64,000 nt of DNA from a candidate division FCPU426 bacterium (GTDB taxonomy: Bacteria > Oederibacteriota > Muellerivitia > Muellerivitales > Muellerivitaceae): the NCBI GenBank assembly GCA_963830915.1, contig CAWHOE010000034.1, positions 11,839 through 75,838 of the forward strand, in the 5' to 3' direction. Each line of letters begins with the position of its first letter. Position 1 is the stretch's first letter. A program made the position numbers and the translations under genes. The notes under the pieces were generated by a model that was not told the DNA's origin, searched no databases, and saw only the letters and a program-made list of their open reading frames with translations. Positions 30,373-40,891 of this stretch are shown here, in pieces.

Positions 30373-30963
30373 ATGGCCGACCAAAAGTCGTTGATCATTA
30401 AACTAGCCCATATTTATTACCACACGGGCAGCTGGGATAAAGCCATCCTCGAATACGAGAAAATCATTGGCATGGATCCCAACGATTACAATGTCCATGT
30501 GACTTTGGGCGAACTGTACTTAAAAAAGGGTGATCTGGAAAGGGCGTACAAGGAGTTCGAATTATCGGCCAATGGTTATATGAAGGATAAGAACACTAAA
30601 AAAGCGGCAGGCGCTTTTCGAGAGATGGCCAACCTGATCCAAAAAATGATCGAGCCCCAGGACATTGAACAGGCCGTTCGGATGTACAAGGAAATATTGG
30701 AAAAGTTGCCGGAATCGATCGAGACCTTGACCCATTTGCGGGACCTGTATTTAAGGCATAATCAGATCGAGGACGCCTTGAACTGTACCCTTCACCTGGG
30801 GGATATGTTCAATCAAATGGATTATGTCGATAAAGCCGAGAATGAGTATTTGAAAGCCTGCGCCATGGATCCAGGAAATGAAGAGGCTAAGGTGAAATTG
30901 GAGAAACTGAAAATGGAAATCGCCCAACAATCGAAAAAAACCACGGATGGAACGGGGAATTAA
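30373..30963 (+). CDS. Tetratricopeptide-repeat protein
   Basis: Repeated TPR helices such as [16 protein letters not shown] and [10 protein letters not shown]. Confidence 0.85.
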   Translation: MADQKSLIIKLAHIYYHTGSWDKAILEYEKIIGMDPNDYNVHVTLGELYLKKGDLERAYKEFELSANGYMKDKNTKKAAGAFREMANLIQKMIEPQDIEQAVRMYKEILEKLPESIETLTHLRDLYLRHNQIEDALNCTLHLGDMFNQMDYVDKAENEYLKACAMDPGNEEAKVKLEKLKMEIAQQSKKTTDGTGN

Positions 30964-32171
30964 TGACTCCCTTACCGGATAAAAATGGATATTTCGGGCC
31001 CTATGGGGGCCAGTATGTGCCGGAAACCCTGATGGTTGCCCTGGATGAATTGACACGAGCATACGGAAAGGCGAAAAAGAACCGGGAGTTCCAGGCCGAA
31101 TATCATCGATACCTGACAGAATATGACGGACGTCCAACCCCGCTAACCTTCGCCGCCCGACTGACCGACAAGTTGAAGGGCGCGAGGATCTACCTGAAAA
31201 GGGAGGATCTGAATCACACAGGGGCCCATAAGATCAATAATTGTTTGGGGCAGATCCTGTTGGCGAAAAAGATGGGCAAAAAGCGCATCATCGCAGAAAC
31301 GGGAGCGGGGCAACATGGGGTCGCTACAGCGACTGTATGCGCTCTTTTTGGGATCCAATGTGAAGTTTATATGGGCGAGGAGGATGTTCGACGGCAAGCG
31401 TTGAATGTATTTCGGATGAGGCTTCTAGGTGCCCAGGTCCACCCGGTGACGGCCGGGACCAAGACCCTCAAAGACGCGATGAGCGAGGCTATCCGTGATT
31501 GGGTCACCAATGTCCAGACTACCTATTATCTGATCGGCTCCACTGCCGGTCCCCATCCTTATCCCATGCTGGTACGTGATTTTCAGAAGATCGTCGGCCA
31601 GGAAACCCGGCGCCAGATATTGAAGGCCGAAGGACGACTCCCGGACGCCTTGGTCGCCTGTGTGAATGGGGGATCCAACGCCATCGGCTTGTTCTACCCA
31701 TTCATCAAGGATAAAAAGGTGCGCATGGTCGGGGTGGAAGCGGCAGGGGATGGAGTGAAGACCAAGCGGCACGCGGCGACCATGATGAAAGGGAAACCCG
31801 GTATTCTCCATGGAAGCTACAGTTATGTACTTCAAAGCCCGGATGGTCAGATCGCCGATACCCATTCCATCTCGGCGGGTTTGGATTATCCCGGGATCGG
31901 GCCGGAACACGCGTGGCTTAAGGATAGCGGTAGGGCTGAATATGTCTCCGCAACCGACGAACAGGCGTTGGAAGCCTTTCAGGCTTTGGCGAGATTCGAG
32001 GGTATCCTCCCCGCATTGGAAAGCGCTCACGCTGTCTATCAGGCCATGAAAATGGCCCCGAGGATGTCTAAAAACAAGATCTTGGTCGTGAACCTGTCGG
32101 GCCGGGGAGACAAGGATGTCAACACGGTACTGGAAAGACTGGGGTCAAAACTCATGAGCGTGAAGCCATGA
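30963..32171 (+). CDS. trpB: Tryptophan synthase beta chain
   Basis: [28 protein letters not shown] and NLSGRGDKD. Confidence 0.98.
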   Translation: MTPLPDKNGYFGPYGGQYVPETLMVALDELTRAYGKAKKNREFQAEYHRYLTEYDGRPTPLTFAARLTDKLKGARIYLKREDLNHTGAHKINNCLGQILLAKKMGKKRIIAETGAGQHGVATATVCALFGIQCEVYMGEEDVRRQALNVFRMRLLGAQVHPVTAGTKTLKDAMSEAIRDWVTNVQTTYYLIGSTAGPHPYPMLVRDFQKIVGQETRRQILKAEGRLPDALVACVNGGSNAIGLFYPFIKDKKVRMVGVEAAGDGVKTKRHAATMMKGKPGILHGSYSYVLQSPDGQIADTHSISAGLDYPGIGPEHAWLKDSGRAEYVSATDEQALEAFQALARFEGILPALESAHAVYQAMKMAPRMSKNKILVVNLSGRGDKDVNTVLERLGSKLMSVKP

Positions 32172-32977
32172 GTCAAAAACTTCATCGAGTTTTCCAAATG
32201 GCGAGAAAGGATCGCCAGTGCCTGTTCCTGCCCTATATCTGCCTAGGTTATCCGGATTATGGTTCCTCCCTTTTATCCGCCAAGGCCGCTTTAAGGGCTG
32301 GAGCGGCGGCTTTGGAGGTCGGCATCCCCTTTTCAGATCCCATCGCCGATGGGCCGACTTTGCAAGAAGCAACCAAGATATCCTTGGATCAAGGCACCAG
32401 GCTTTCGGATGTTTTCCATTTCATCAAGGATCTAAGAAAAGACGGGTTCATCCAGCCTTTGCTGGTCATGAGCTACATGAACTTGATCGAGCAAATGGGC
32501 TGGAAAAATTTCGCGGTTGAATTATCCAAGGTGGGAGGGGATGGGGCCATCGTTCCAGACTTGCCTTTGCAGCAGTTCGACAAGGTCAAGCCGTTTTTAA
32601 AAGAGAAAGACCTATCCTTAATTCCTTTTGTCGCGCCAACTTCCAACCCGGATCGGATGAAAATGGCCGATGCCCAAGGCGCTCCTTTTTTGTATTATGT
32701 ATCGGTGACCGGAGTGACGGGCGCTAGAAAAGAACTTCCTGCGCAGCTATTTTCCACTTTGAAAAGGATGAAAATCCGTCTGAAAACGCCAATGGTTGTT
32801 GGTTTTGGGATATCCACCCCAGAGCAGGCTGCCAAGGTAGGAAATTCCGCTGATGGTGTGATCATCGCCAGCGCCTTGATCCAGGTCATCTCCAAGACAA
32901 AACGAGGCATGATAGGGATGGCAGTCGAAAAGTTCTGCGGAAAAGTAGTGAAAGCTTTAAAAAGTAGAAATCATTAA
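32168..32977 (+). CDS. trpA: Tryptophan synthase alpha chain
   Basis: [21 protein letters not shown] and VGFGIS. Confidence 0.97.
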   Translation: MSQKLHRVFQMARKDRQCLFLPYICLGYPDYGSSLLSAKAALRAGAAALEVGIPFSDPIADGPTLQEATKISLDQGTRLSDVFHFIKDLRKDGFIQPLLVMSYMNLIEQMGWKNFAVELSKVGGDGAIVPDLPLQQFDKVKPFLKEKDLSLIPFVAPTSNPDRMKMADAQGAPFLYYVSVTGVTGARKELPAQLFSTLKRMKIRLKTPMVVGFGISTPEQAAKVGNSADGVIIASALIQVISKTKRGMIGMAVEKFCGKVVKALKSRNH

Positions 32978-33012
32978 CGAGAAGATAAGAACAAGGCTTT
33001 AAGGAGTCCCCA

Positions 33013-33855
33013 TTGGTCTGGTACAAAAAAGTGAAAAAAATGATCCACAAGGTCACGGATAAACGGTCCGTCCGGGTGCCGGAGGGGCTCTACGCAAAAT
33101 GCGTTGGATGTTCGGCCATCCTTTACAACAAGGAGTTGGACAAGAACCAGAAAGTCTGCCCCAGGTGCGGTTATCATTACCAGATCTCGGCGCTGGAAAG
33201 GCTTTACCTCACCATCGATTCTGGGACTTTCAAGGAATACGACGAGAACATCAGCTCGCTGAACCCGCTGGAATTTCCTGAATACGAGAACAAGATCAAA
33301 AGAGGCCAGGAAAAGACAAGGATGATCGACGCTGTCGTTACGGGTCTGGGTAAGATCGACGGGCAACCCGCCTCGATCGCCATCACCGATTTCCAATTCA
33401 TGGGTGGGAGTATGGGCAGTGTGGTGGGTGAAAAGATCACCAGGGCGGTGGAAAGGGCTATCCAAGAAAAATTGGGGATGGTCATTATCTCTGCTTCCGG
33501 CGGCGGTGCCAGGATGCAGGAGGGAATTCTGTCCTTGATGCAGATGGCCAAGATATCGGCCGCTTTGGCCAGGCTGGGCGAAGCCCGACTCCCCTATTTC
33601 TCGGTCCTGACCGATCCGACAGCGGGTGGCGTGGCCGCTTCTTTTGGCATGTTGGGGGATGTCAATATCGCCGAGCCGGGAGCTATGATCGGCTTCGCCG
33701 GTCCACGGGTCATCGAACAGACCATCCGTCAAAAACTGCCGAAGGGATTCCAGCGTTCCGAGTTCCTCCTGGACCATGGGTTTGTGGATGTCATCGTTCC
33801 CCGGACCGAACTGAAAGCCACCCTCGGAAAGTACCTTAAATTCTTCAGACTGTGA
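33013..33855 (+). CDS. accD: Acetyl-CoA carboxylase carboxyltransferase beta subunit
   Basis: Zn finger, FMGGSMG, SGGGARMQEG and GFQRSEFL. Confidence 0.97.
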   Translation: MVWYKKVKKMIHKVTDKRSVRVPEGLYAKCVGCSAILYNKELDKNQKVCPRCGYHYQISALERLYLTIDSGTFKEYDENISSLNPLEFPEYENKIKRGQEKTRMIDAVVTGLGKIDGQPASIAITDFQFMGGSMGSVVGEKITRAVERAIQEKLGMVIISASGGGARMQEGILSLMQMAKISAALARLGEARLPYFSVLTDPTAGGVAASFGMLGDVNIAEPGAMIGFAGPRVIEQTIRQKLPKGFQRSEFLLDHGFVDVIVPRTELKATLGKYLKFFRL

Positions 33856-35147
33856 CCCATCCCCGCTCGCTGGAATCTCTGGAACGCCTGGGTTGGCGTT
33901 TCGGGTTGGAAACCATCCGGGCGTTATTGTCCGAACTGGGTGATCCACATCTTTCCCTGAAATGTGCGCACGTGGCTGGTTCCAATGGAAAAGGGTCCAC
34001 CTGCGCTTTTATGGCATCTTACCTGCGTCAATGCGGATTCCAAGTAGGTCTCTATACATCACCCCATCTTTCGAATATCAGGGAACGGTTCCGAATAAAC
34101 GGAGCTTGGATCGATGAAATAGAATTCGATAATTATTCCAAAAAAATATTGAAGGCCTGCGAGAAGGTCCGAAAAAGGCTCGGCCATGATCCTACTCATT
34201 TTGAGGCTTTAACGGCCCTGGCTTTTTTATGGTTCCGGGACAAGAAGGTGGAATGGGCAGTTGTGGAGGTGGGATTGGGGGGAAGGCTGGACGCTACCAA
34301 CGTGATCGAAAATCCAGATCTATCCTTGATCACGCCTATCGGCTTGGAACACCAAGAAATCTTAGGCAAAAAGATAAGTAAGATCGCTTGGGAAAAGGCC
34401 GGGATTCTTAAAGAAGGGATTCCGGCCGCGACTATCCAATATAACTCCACGGCTTTAAACGCTATCCGGAAAGTGGCGAAGGATAGGGCTGTCCATCTTT
34501 GGGTTGGAGGATTGGACTTTCTATATACCCGCCAACGTAATGGGTTTCATTGGGAAGGGCCTGGGCTAAGTAGATTATTTACTTTTCCCCATCGATCGGA
34601 TTTCCAGATCATGAACGCATCTTTGGCTATCGCTGGGATACAGATCCTTCAACAAAATGGGATGAAGGGCAAACCAGAACAAATACAAAGATCAATGACC
34701 GGAATGAAGTGGCCGGGCCGATTGGAAGTCCTCCGGAAAAAACCACTGATCTTATTGGATGGCGCGCATAATCCAGACGCGGCAAGGGTTTTGGTGTCTT
34801 TTCTTAGAAAAGAATATCCCCGAAAAAAATGGATCGTTTTGAATGGGTTCCTTAAAGACAAAGATTATGAAACTTGTGCCAAGATCCTATCCCCGTTGAC
34901 AACTCTTTCCTTAGTGACTGAACCACCCAGTGACCGGACGGAAAAGGGGGAAAAAGTTTTCCGCGCTTGGGAAAGGGAAAGGGTTTCCAGCTTGCTTGTC
35001 CGGGATTGGGAAAAGGCTTTGGCCATTGGATTGATCAAATCGGGAGTTTCGTCGAACCCATTTCCTCTTTTGATCACTGGGTCGTTATATCTGGGAGGGG
35101 CCTGCCGAAAACGATTGATCGGTTATAAAGGGTTGGAAAGAATATAG
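33852..35147 (+). CDS. folC: Folylpolyglutamate synthase/dihydrofolate synthase
   Basis: VAGSNGKGS, YTSPHL, EVGLGGRLDATN and LDGAHN. Confidence 0.96.
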   Translation: MTHPRSLESLERLGWRFGLETIRALLSELGDPHLSLKCAHVAGSNGKGSTCAFMASYLRQCGFQVGLYTSPHLSNIRERFRINGAWIDEIEFDNYSKKILKACEKVRKRLGHDPTHFEALTALAFLWFRDKKVEWAVVEVGLGGRLDATNVIENPDLSLITPIGLEHQEILGKKISKIAWEKAGILKEGIPAATIQYNSTALNAIRKVAKDRAVHLWVGGLDFLYTRQRNGFHWEGPGLSRLFTFPHRSDFQIMNASLAIAGIQILQQNGMKGKPEQIQRSMTGMKWPGRLEVLRKKPLILLDGAHNPDAARVLVSFLRKEYPRKKWIVLNGFLKDKDYETCAKILSPLTTLSLVTEPPSDRTEKGEKVFRAWERERVSSLLVRDWEKALAIGLIKSGVSSNPFPLLITGSLYLGGACRKRLIGYKGLERI

Positions 35148-35154
35148 ACTTTTT

Positions 35155-36339
35155 TTAATGGCTGTCTAAAAGATTTGGCTTTATTAAGGCCCAAAAATTC
35201 AATTGAAGTCCTAACAAGAAAAATTGGACATTCATGAACTGATGGCTGAACGTGTATTCGGTCAATCCCCAGACTAAAACGGAGGAAAAAACGCATAAAA
35301 AGATCCAGTTCAAACCCTCCAATTCGATCAGAGTTTCTTGGCGGCTCAAGGCAGTTTTGTAGTAACTGAATATCCAGAATAAATAGGCTATCAAACCTAT
35401 CCAACCGTTTTGAACAAGGACCTGGAGAAAATTGTTGTGAAGGTGGGGAACGGTCGGTTCATATAGATTCAGAGCCATCAATCGATAGCGGGGGAAAACA
35501 TCCGAAATGTTTCCTTGGCCAATTCCCCAGGGATGGTCTTTGATGATCTTCATGCCAGAAAGCCATATCAGAAGCCTGGGTTGACTGGAGTTGGCGATTT
35601 GGTGGTTGTCGTCGTATGAGATATTCAAGTCGGTGATACTTTTAACCCTGTTTTGCAATGAGGTCGGCATCATGAAAAAGGCCGACGCGATCAAGATGGC
35701 CGCTGCCAATAGCCATTTGCGATTGTAACGCCAGGAAAAAAGGAAAAAACCGGCGAAAGCCCCGATCCAAGCTCCCCTCGTTTGGGTAAGAACAAGGGCC
35801 GAGAGGATGAGTATGAAGCTGGCCCAAAGCCAAATGTTTTTGGGCGAGTTTTTCAAGAACCAGATCGTCAATAGTAATCCCGCCATCAACAACCCGCCGA
35901 AGACCATTTTGTCCCCCGAAAATGAATCGATCCGATTCTCGTGGAGGAAGAAATACTTTCCAATACCGTAAATGGAACAAATGGCGGTACCGAAGATGAA
36001 GATTAAAAGCAACTTTCTGATTTCTTGCTCACCGAGAGCCATAGCTCCCAGAGGGAAGATCATTAAGAAGGTTAGATATTTATGGACAGTATGAAAACTA
36101 TTGGCGGGATCCACTCCTACTACCGCCCCAAGGAAAAAAGTGGACAAAAAAAGCAGCGTGGCAAAAGGAAATAGTCCTTTAGGCCAATTGACCGGTTCCT
36201 TGGAACGGAAACGTAGATAAAAAAAGATCAAAACAGCCACCCAAATCAAGTTCTGCAATGAAATCGAGGCAACCGCGGTGGCAGAAAATGCGGATAGGCA
36301 CCACAGAAGGTAACGATTATTTGTTGCCGATGTTTCCAT
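35155..36339 (-). CDS. O-antigen ligase family (WaaL/Wzy_C) membrane protein
   Basis: Polytopic. TQTRGAW, RLLIW, HPWGIG and HLHNNFLQ. Confidence 0.85.
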   Translation of the reverse strand: METSATNNRYLLWCLSAFSATAVASISLQNLIWVAVLIFFYLRFRSKEPVNWPKGLFPFATLLFLSTFFLGAVVGVDPANSFHTVHKYLTFLMIFPLGAMALGEQEIRKLLLIFIFGTAICSIYGIGKYFFLHENRIDSFSGDKMVFGGLLMAGLLLTIWFLKNSPKNIWLWASFILILSALVLTQTRGAWIGAFAGFFLFSWRYNRKWLLAAAILIASAFFMMPTSLQNRVKSITDLNISYDDNHQIANSSQPRLLIWLSGMKIIKDHPWGIGQGNISDVFPRYRLMALNLYEPTVPHLHNNFLQVLVQNGWIGLIAYLFWIFSYYKTALSRQETLIELEGLNWIFLCVFSSVLVWGLTEYTFSHQFMNVQFFLLGLQLNFWALIKPNLLDSH

Positions 36340-36417
36340 GAATCGGAATTATAAGGCTCTTTCCCTAATGGAGGAACCATTCCTCGTGAAAAACCATTGT
36401 TATCGGCAGGTTGTTCG

Positions 36418-36446
36418 TTGACAGGGTCTATCCTGGATGTTTTAAT
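36418..36446 (+). promoter_or_regulatory. Sigma70 promoter upstream of the ABC ATPase gene
   Basis: TTGACA, 17 nt spacer, TTTAAT. Confidence 0.6.
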
Positions 36447-36556
36447 AACGTTGGTTTTTCGGTCTTCCGGCGGAAAAAAGAGCCGGTGGACAATTTGGCT
36501 CTGAAACTTTCCCGTGAAATGTCGGGGTGTTTCGGTCCCTATAGCGGAGGAATGGA

Positions 36557-37660
36557 ATGGCAAAAGTCGTCCTCAAGAACGTCAACAAGGTCTATGGAAA
36601 TAATGTTGTCGCGGTCAATAACGTTAATATCGAGATCGCCGACAAGGAATTTCTGGTCTTGGTCGGACCCTCGGGTTGTGGTAAATCCACCACTCTTCGT
36701 ATGGTGGCTGGATTGGAAGAGCTCTCGGGCGGCGAGATCCGCATCGATGATACCCTGGTCAATGATGTCCCTCCCAAAGATAGGGATATCGCCATGGTCT
36801 TCCAGAATTACGCTCTTTATCCACACATGACCGTGTTCGAGAACATGGCATTCGGTCTAAAACTCCGCAAATACCCTAAAGAAGAGATCAAACAGCGGGT
36901 CTATGAGGCGGCCAACATCCTGGGTATCCAGGAATTGCTGAATCGCCGTCCCAAGGAACTGTCTGGCGGTCAGCGCCAACGCGTGGCGGTCGGTCGAGCC
37001 ATCGTCCGCAAACCGAAAGTGTTCCTGTTCGACGAGCCCCTTTCTAACCTGGACGCCAAATTGCGTGTACAGATGAGGGCTGAGATCTCCAAGCTCCATA
37101 CCCGCCTTCAGGCGACCATGATCTATGTGACCCACGATCAGTTGGAAGCCATGACCATGGGCGACCGGATCGCGGTCATGAAGGACGGCTATGTCCAACA
37201 GATCGCCGATCCTATCACCCTCTATGAGAAGCCCCTCAACAAGTTCGTCGCTGGTTTCATTGGGACTCCCGCCATGAACTTCATGGAAGGTTCGCTCAAC
37301 AAAAAGCGTACAGGGATCTATTTCAACGAGGAGAACTTCGAGATCCGTCTGCCGGACCAGTTCTCTGCTCAAGTGGAAGGCCATGTGGGTCGGGAAGTCA
37401 TTTTGGGGATACGGCCCGAGGACATCCATGACAAGATGGACGCGGCCAACGCTTCCCCTGATAACACCATCAGCGCCACAGTCGAGATCATCGAGCCGCT
37501 GGGCGCCGAAGCCTATCTTTATCTGACGACCGGAAAGAGCCCCTTCATCGCGAGGGTTTCCAGCCACGATCAGATCGAGATCAACCAGGATATCGAATTG
37601 GTCTTCAATATGCAGAAGGCCCATATCTTCGATAAAGAAACGGAAAAGTGCCTAACCTAA
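36557..37660 (+). CDS. MalK/MsmX/UgpC-type sugar ABC transporter ATPase (stand-alone)
   Basis: GPSGCGKST, VFQNYALYPH, LSGGQRQR, DEPLSNLD and a C-terminal TOBE domain. Confidence 0.95.
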   Translation: MAKVVLKNVNKVYGNNVVAVNNVNIEIADKEFLVLVGPSGCGKSTTLRMVAGLEELSGGEIRIDDTLVNDVPPKDRDIAMVFQNYALYPHMTVFENMAFGLKLRKYPKEEIKQRVYEAANILGIQELLNRRPKELSGGQRQRVAVGRAIVRKPKVFLFDEPLSNLDAKLRVQMRAEISKLHTRLQATMIYVTHDQLEAMTMGDRIAVMKDGYVQQIADPITLYEKPLNKFVAGFIGTPAMNFMEGSLNKKRTGIYFNEENFEIRLPDQFSAQVEGHVGREVILGIRPEDIHDKMDAANASPDNTISATVEIIEPLGAEAYLYLTTGKSPFIARVSSHDQIEINQDIELVFNMQKAHIFDKETEKCLT

Positions 37661-37699
37661 GGTATTGATCCGACGCTGTTCGAAAAATATGAAGTCACT

Positions 37700-37729
37700 A
37701 AAACCGGGGCGAAAAACGTCCCGGTTTTT
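37700..37729. terminator. Intrinsic terminator after the ABC ATPase gene
   Basis: AAAACCGGGGCG-AAAAA-CGTCCCGGTTTTT hairpin. Confidence 0.75.
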
Positions 37730-37780
37730 AAGTTTCTGGTAAGATTACTTACGTTTGTAACATCCCGATAAGGAGAACCA

Positions 37781-39085
37781 ATGCGAATCGCCGTCGTTGG
37801 AACGGGCTATGTCGGACTGGTGACCGGGTCCTGTTTCGCCGATCTGGGAAATATCGTGACCTGTGTCGATGTGGACAAGAAGAAAATACAGGATCTAAAA
37901 AAAGGGATCGTCCCTATATTCGAGCCGGGCCTGGAAGAGGTTGTCCGGCGCAACAAAAACCAGCGTCTTCTTTTTACTACGGACCTAGCCAAGGCGGTTC
38001 AAGAAGCGGATTTCATTTTCATTGCCGTCAGTACCCCTCCCGGCAAGGGCGGGGAAGCGGATATTTCCAATGTGAAAGCGGTCGCCCGAGGGATCGCCAA
38101 GTCCATTAATGGTTATAAGATCATCATCAATAAAAGCACGGTTCCCATCGGCATGGGGGATGTGGTGACCCAGATCATCAAACAGAATGGGCCTGAGGAT
38201 GTTTCTTTCGATGTAGTCTCCAATCCCGAGTTCCTTAGGGAAGGCTCCGCGGTGATGGACCTGATGAAGCCTGAACGTGTTGTGATCGGCGCCACCCGCC
38301 GGTCAGCCGCTCAGAAAGTCGCTGAGATCTACAAACCGCTCCATTGCCCGATCCTTATCACCGATTTGAAAAGCGCCGAGATGATCAAATACGCCTCGAA
38401 CGCTTTCCTGGCCACAAAAATATCCTTCGTCAACGAGATATCCAATCTTTGCGATAAGGTCGGGGCTGATATCCAGCAAGTGACCAAAGGGATGAGTTAT
38501 GACACGAGGATCGGTAACCAATTCTTGAACGCGGGACTGGGTTTTGGCGGAAGCTGTTTCCCCAAGGATGTATCGGCACTGGTCGATATCGGTAAAAAAA
38601 ATGGATATCCCTTCCGTATCCTGCCCCAAGTTTTGGCCATCAATCATTTCCAGCGTTTGGCCTACGTGGCAAAAGTCCGGAAAGTTCTGGGGCCAATAAA
38701 AGGCAAGACTTTGGCTGTCTGGGGATTATCTTTCAAACCCAATACGGACGACCTACGGGAAGCCCCTTCCCTGACGATTCTTCCTTTTTTGTCCGCTGCG
38801 GGTGCCAAGGTCAGGGCTTATGACCCTGTTACGAACGAAAAGGCTAAGGAAATTTTCAAGAAGGTTAAATTCTTTAGCTCTCCTTATGAGACGGCTCGGG
38901 GAGCGGACGCGGTCTTGGTTTTGACAGAATGGAATGAGTTCAAACAGGTGGATTTCCAGAAGTTGAAAATGCTGATGAAAAGGCCTGTCCTGATCGACGG
39001 ACGCAACATGTATGAACCACAGGAAATGGTTGAAAAGGGATTCGCCTATACTGGTATGGGACGGGGAGAAGTCCTGAATTTTTGA
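37781..39085 (+). CDS. ugd: UDP-glucose 6-dehydrogenase
   Basis: GTGYVG, NPEFLREG, GFGGSCFPKD and FKPNTDDLRE. Confidence 0.93.
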   Translation: MRIAVVGTGYVGLVTGSCFADLGNIVTCVDVDKKKIQDLKKGIVPIFEPGLEEVVRRNKNQRLLFTTDLAKAVQEADFIFIAVSTPPGKGGEADISNVKAVARGIAKSINGYKIIINKSTVPIGMGDVVTQIIKQNGPEDVSFDVVSNPEFLREGSAVMDLMKPERVVIGATRRSAAQKVAEIYKPLHCPILITDLKSAEMIKYASNAFLATKISFVNEISNLCDKVGADIQQVTKGMSYDTRIGNQFLNAGLGFGGSCFPKDVSALVDIGKKNGYPFRILPQVLAINHFQRLAYVAKVRKVLGPIKGKTLAVWGLSFKPNTDDLREAPSLTILPFLSAAGAKVRAYDPVTNEKAKEIFKKVKFFSSPYETARGADAVLVLTEWNEFKQVDFQKLKMLMKRPVLIDGRNMYEPQEMVEKGFAYTGMGRGEVLNF

Positions 39086-39120
39086 TGAGCCCGTTGAACT
39101 TAATCAAGGAGCTATCCTAA

Positions 39121-39990
39121 GTGAGAATAGTTTTGTTGGGTTCCGCCGGAATGCTGGGATCGAAATTTTCCGAAATCCTTGCTCAAAGAAAAGATCAAAT
39201 TCTGGCCCCTTCACTTCAGGAATTGGACCTTTCCGAACCGCTTGCCATCGAGGAATATTTCAAGAAGAACGACTTTGACGTGGTGGTCAACTGCGCGGCC
39301 TATACTGCTGTCGATGCCTGCGAGGAACCTTCCCAATATTCCATCGCCCTGAACGTCAATGGCGCGGCTCCGGGGTGGTTGGCCCGCTTCTGCAAAAAAA
39401 CGAAACGAATGTTGGTGCATTATTCTACCGACTATGTGTTCGACGGTGAAAAAGAAGGTTTTTACCTTGAGGCCGACAATCCCAACCCGTTGAACGCTTA
39501 TGGTCGAACTAAATGGCAGGGTGAACGTCTGGTCCAGACAGAGAACCCTTTTTATTACTTGATCCGCACCTCATGGCTCTACGGGCCTCATGGAAGGAAT
39601 TTCGTGAAGACCATCGTTAACGTCTTGAAAACCAAGCCCAAGGCCGAGGTGGTTTCGGACCAGGTGGGACGGCCAACTTACACAGGAGATCTAGTCCGTT
39701 TTACCCTGGAACTCCTTGAAAAAAAAGCCGAACAGGGGCTCTACCATTACGCTAATGAAGGCACGGCTTCCTGGTGCGATTTCGCCAGAGAAATCCAGGC
39801 TCAAACCGGATTGGAAAACTGCAAGGTGGTTCCATCGTTGACCGAAAATGTGTTTAGACCCGCCAAACGCCCGGCCAATTCCAGGCTTGATCTCAGTAAA
39901 TCCTCTGCGGCCGTCGGCCACCCTTCGCGTCCCTGGCAGGAAGCTTTGGGCGAATATTTGACCAAGGAATTGCCGAATGAAACGACCTGA
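39121..39990 (+). CDS. rfbD: dTDP-4-dehydrorhamnose reductase
   Basis: GSAGMLG, NCAAYTAVD, STDYVFDG and YGRTK. Confidence 0.93.
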   Translation: MRIVLLGSAGMLGSKFSEILAQRKDQILAPSLQELDLSEPLAIEEYFKKNDFDVVVNCAAYTAVDACEEPSQYSIALNVNGAAPGWLARFCKKTKRMLVHYSTDYVFDGEKEGFYLEADNPNPLNAYGRTKWQGERLVQTENPFYYLIRTSWLYGPHGRNFVKTIVNVLKTKPKAEVVSDQVGRPTYTGDLVRFTLELLEKKAEQGLYHYANEGTASWCDFAREIQAQTGLENCKVVPSLTENVFRPAKRPANSRLDLSKSSAAVGHPSRPWQEALGEYLTKELPNETT

Positions 39991-40717
39991 ACTGACCGTT
40001 GTCATCCCGGTTTACAATGAGGAAAATCGAATCGGCCCTACCCTTGAGGAATCCTTGCATTATTTGAAAACCAAAAAGATTTCCGCCGAGATCCTGATCG
40101 TGGACGATGGGTCGAAGGATCGAACCCGAGCGGTTGTGGAAAAAATAGAAAAACGCGCAAAGGGATGGATCGTTATTCATTTCCTTGAACATGGCGTCAA
40201 TAAGGGTAAAGGGGCCGCGGTCCGTACCGGGGCTTTAGCCGCCAAGGGGGAAGTAATCCTATTCATGGACGCTGACAACGCTACTCCCCTCTCGGAATAT
40301 GAGAAATTCAAGCCAGTCCTCAAATCCGGGGTCGAGGTGGTGATCGGAAGCCGAGCCGTGGATCGATCCCAGGTCAAGATCCCCCAACCGATCTATCGTC
40401 AAGCCTTGGGGAGGGTGGCGAATCTTCTCATTCAAATACTGGTCGTCTGGGGTATTTGGGATACTCAATGTGGTTTCAAGGCTTTTTCCCGAAAGGCGGC
40501 TAGCCGAATATTCCCTCTTCAGACCATTCACCGTTTCGGTTTCGATTTTGAACTGCTTTTTATCGCCCATCGCCTTGGATTTACCATCAAAGAAATTTCC
40601 GTTCAGTGGTTCAACTCACCCTATTCAAAGGTCAAATTGGGGGATTATTTACACACTTTGATCGAATTATTCACGATCCGGGTGAATGCCCTGAAGGGTC
40701 TTTACGACCGGAAATAG
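39977..40717 (+). CDS. GT2 polyprenyl-phosphate glycosyltransferase (ALG5/DPM-like)
   Basis: VDDGSKD, NKGKGAAV, FMDAD, DTQCGFK and FGFDFE. Confidence 0.88.
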   Translation: MKRPELTVVIPVYNEENRIGPTLEESLHYLKTKKISAEILIVDDGSKDRTRAVVEKIEKRAKGWIVIHFLEHGVNKGKGAAVRTGALAAKGEVILFMDADNATPLSEYEKFKPVLKSGVEVVIGSRAVDRSQVKIPQPIYRQALGRVANLLIQILVVWGIWDTQCGFKAFSRKAASRIFPLQTIHRFGFDFELLFIAHRLGFTIKEISVQWFNSPYSKVKLGDYLHTLIELFTIRVNALKGLYDRK

Positions 40718-40891
40718 GGACTCGGTTTTTTTAAACCCGGAAGAATCAGAAGAAAAAACGATATGTTTTCCGAATCCACCTTTGTTCTCTTCGAAAATAA
40801 ATTCATCCTCAACGGGAACGCTTTTATTTCAACCGGTGGAGAAGAATGTTAATGCTCCAAAGGTTTATATCCATGGAAAGATGAGGGCTTC

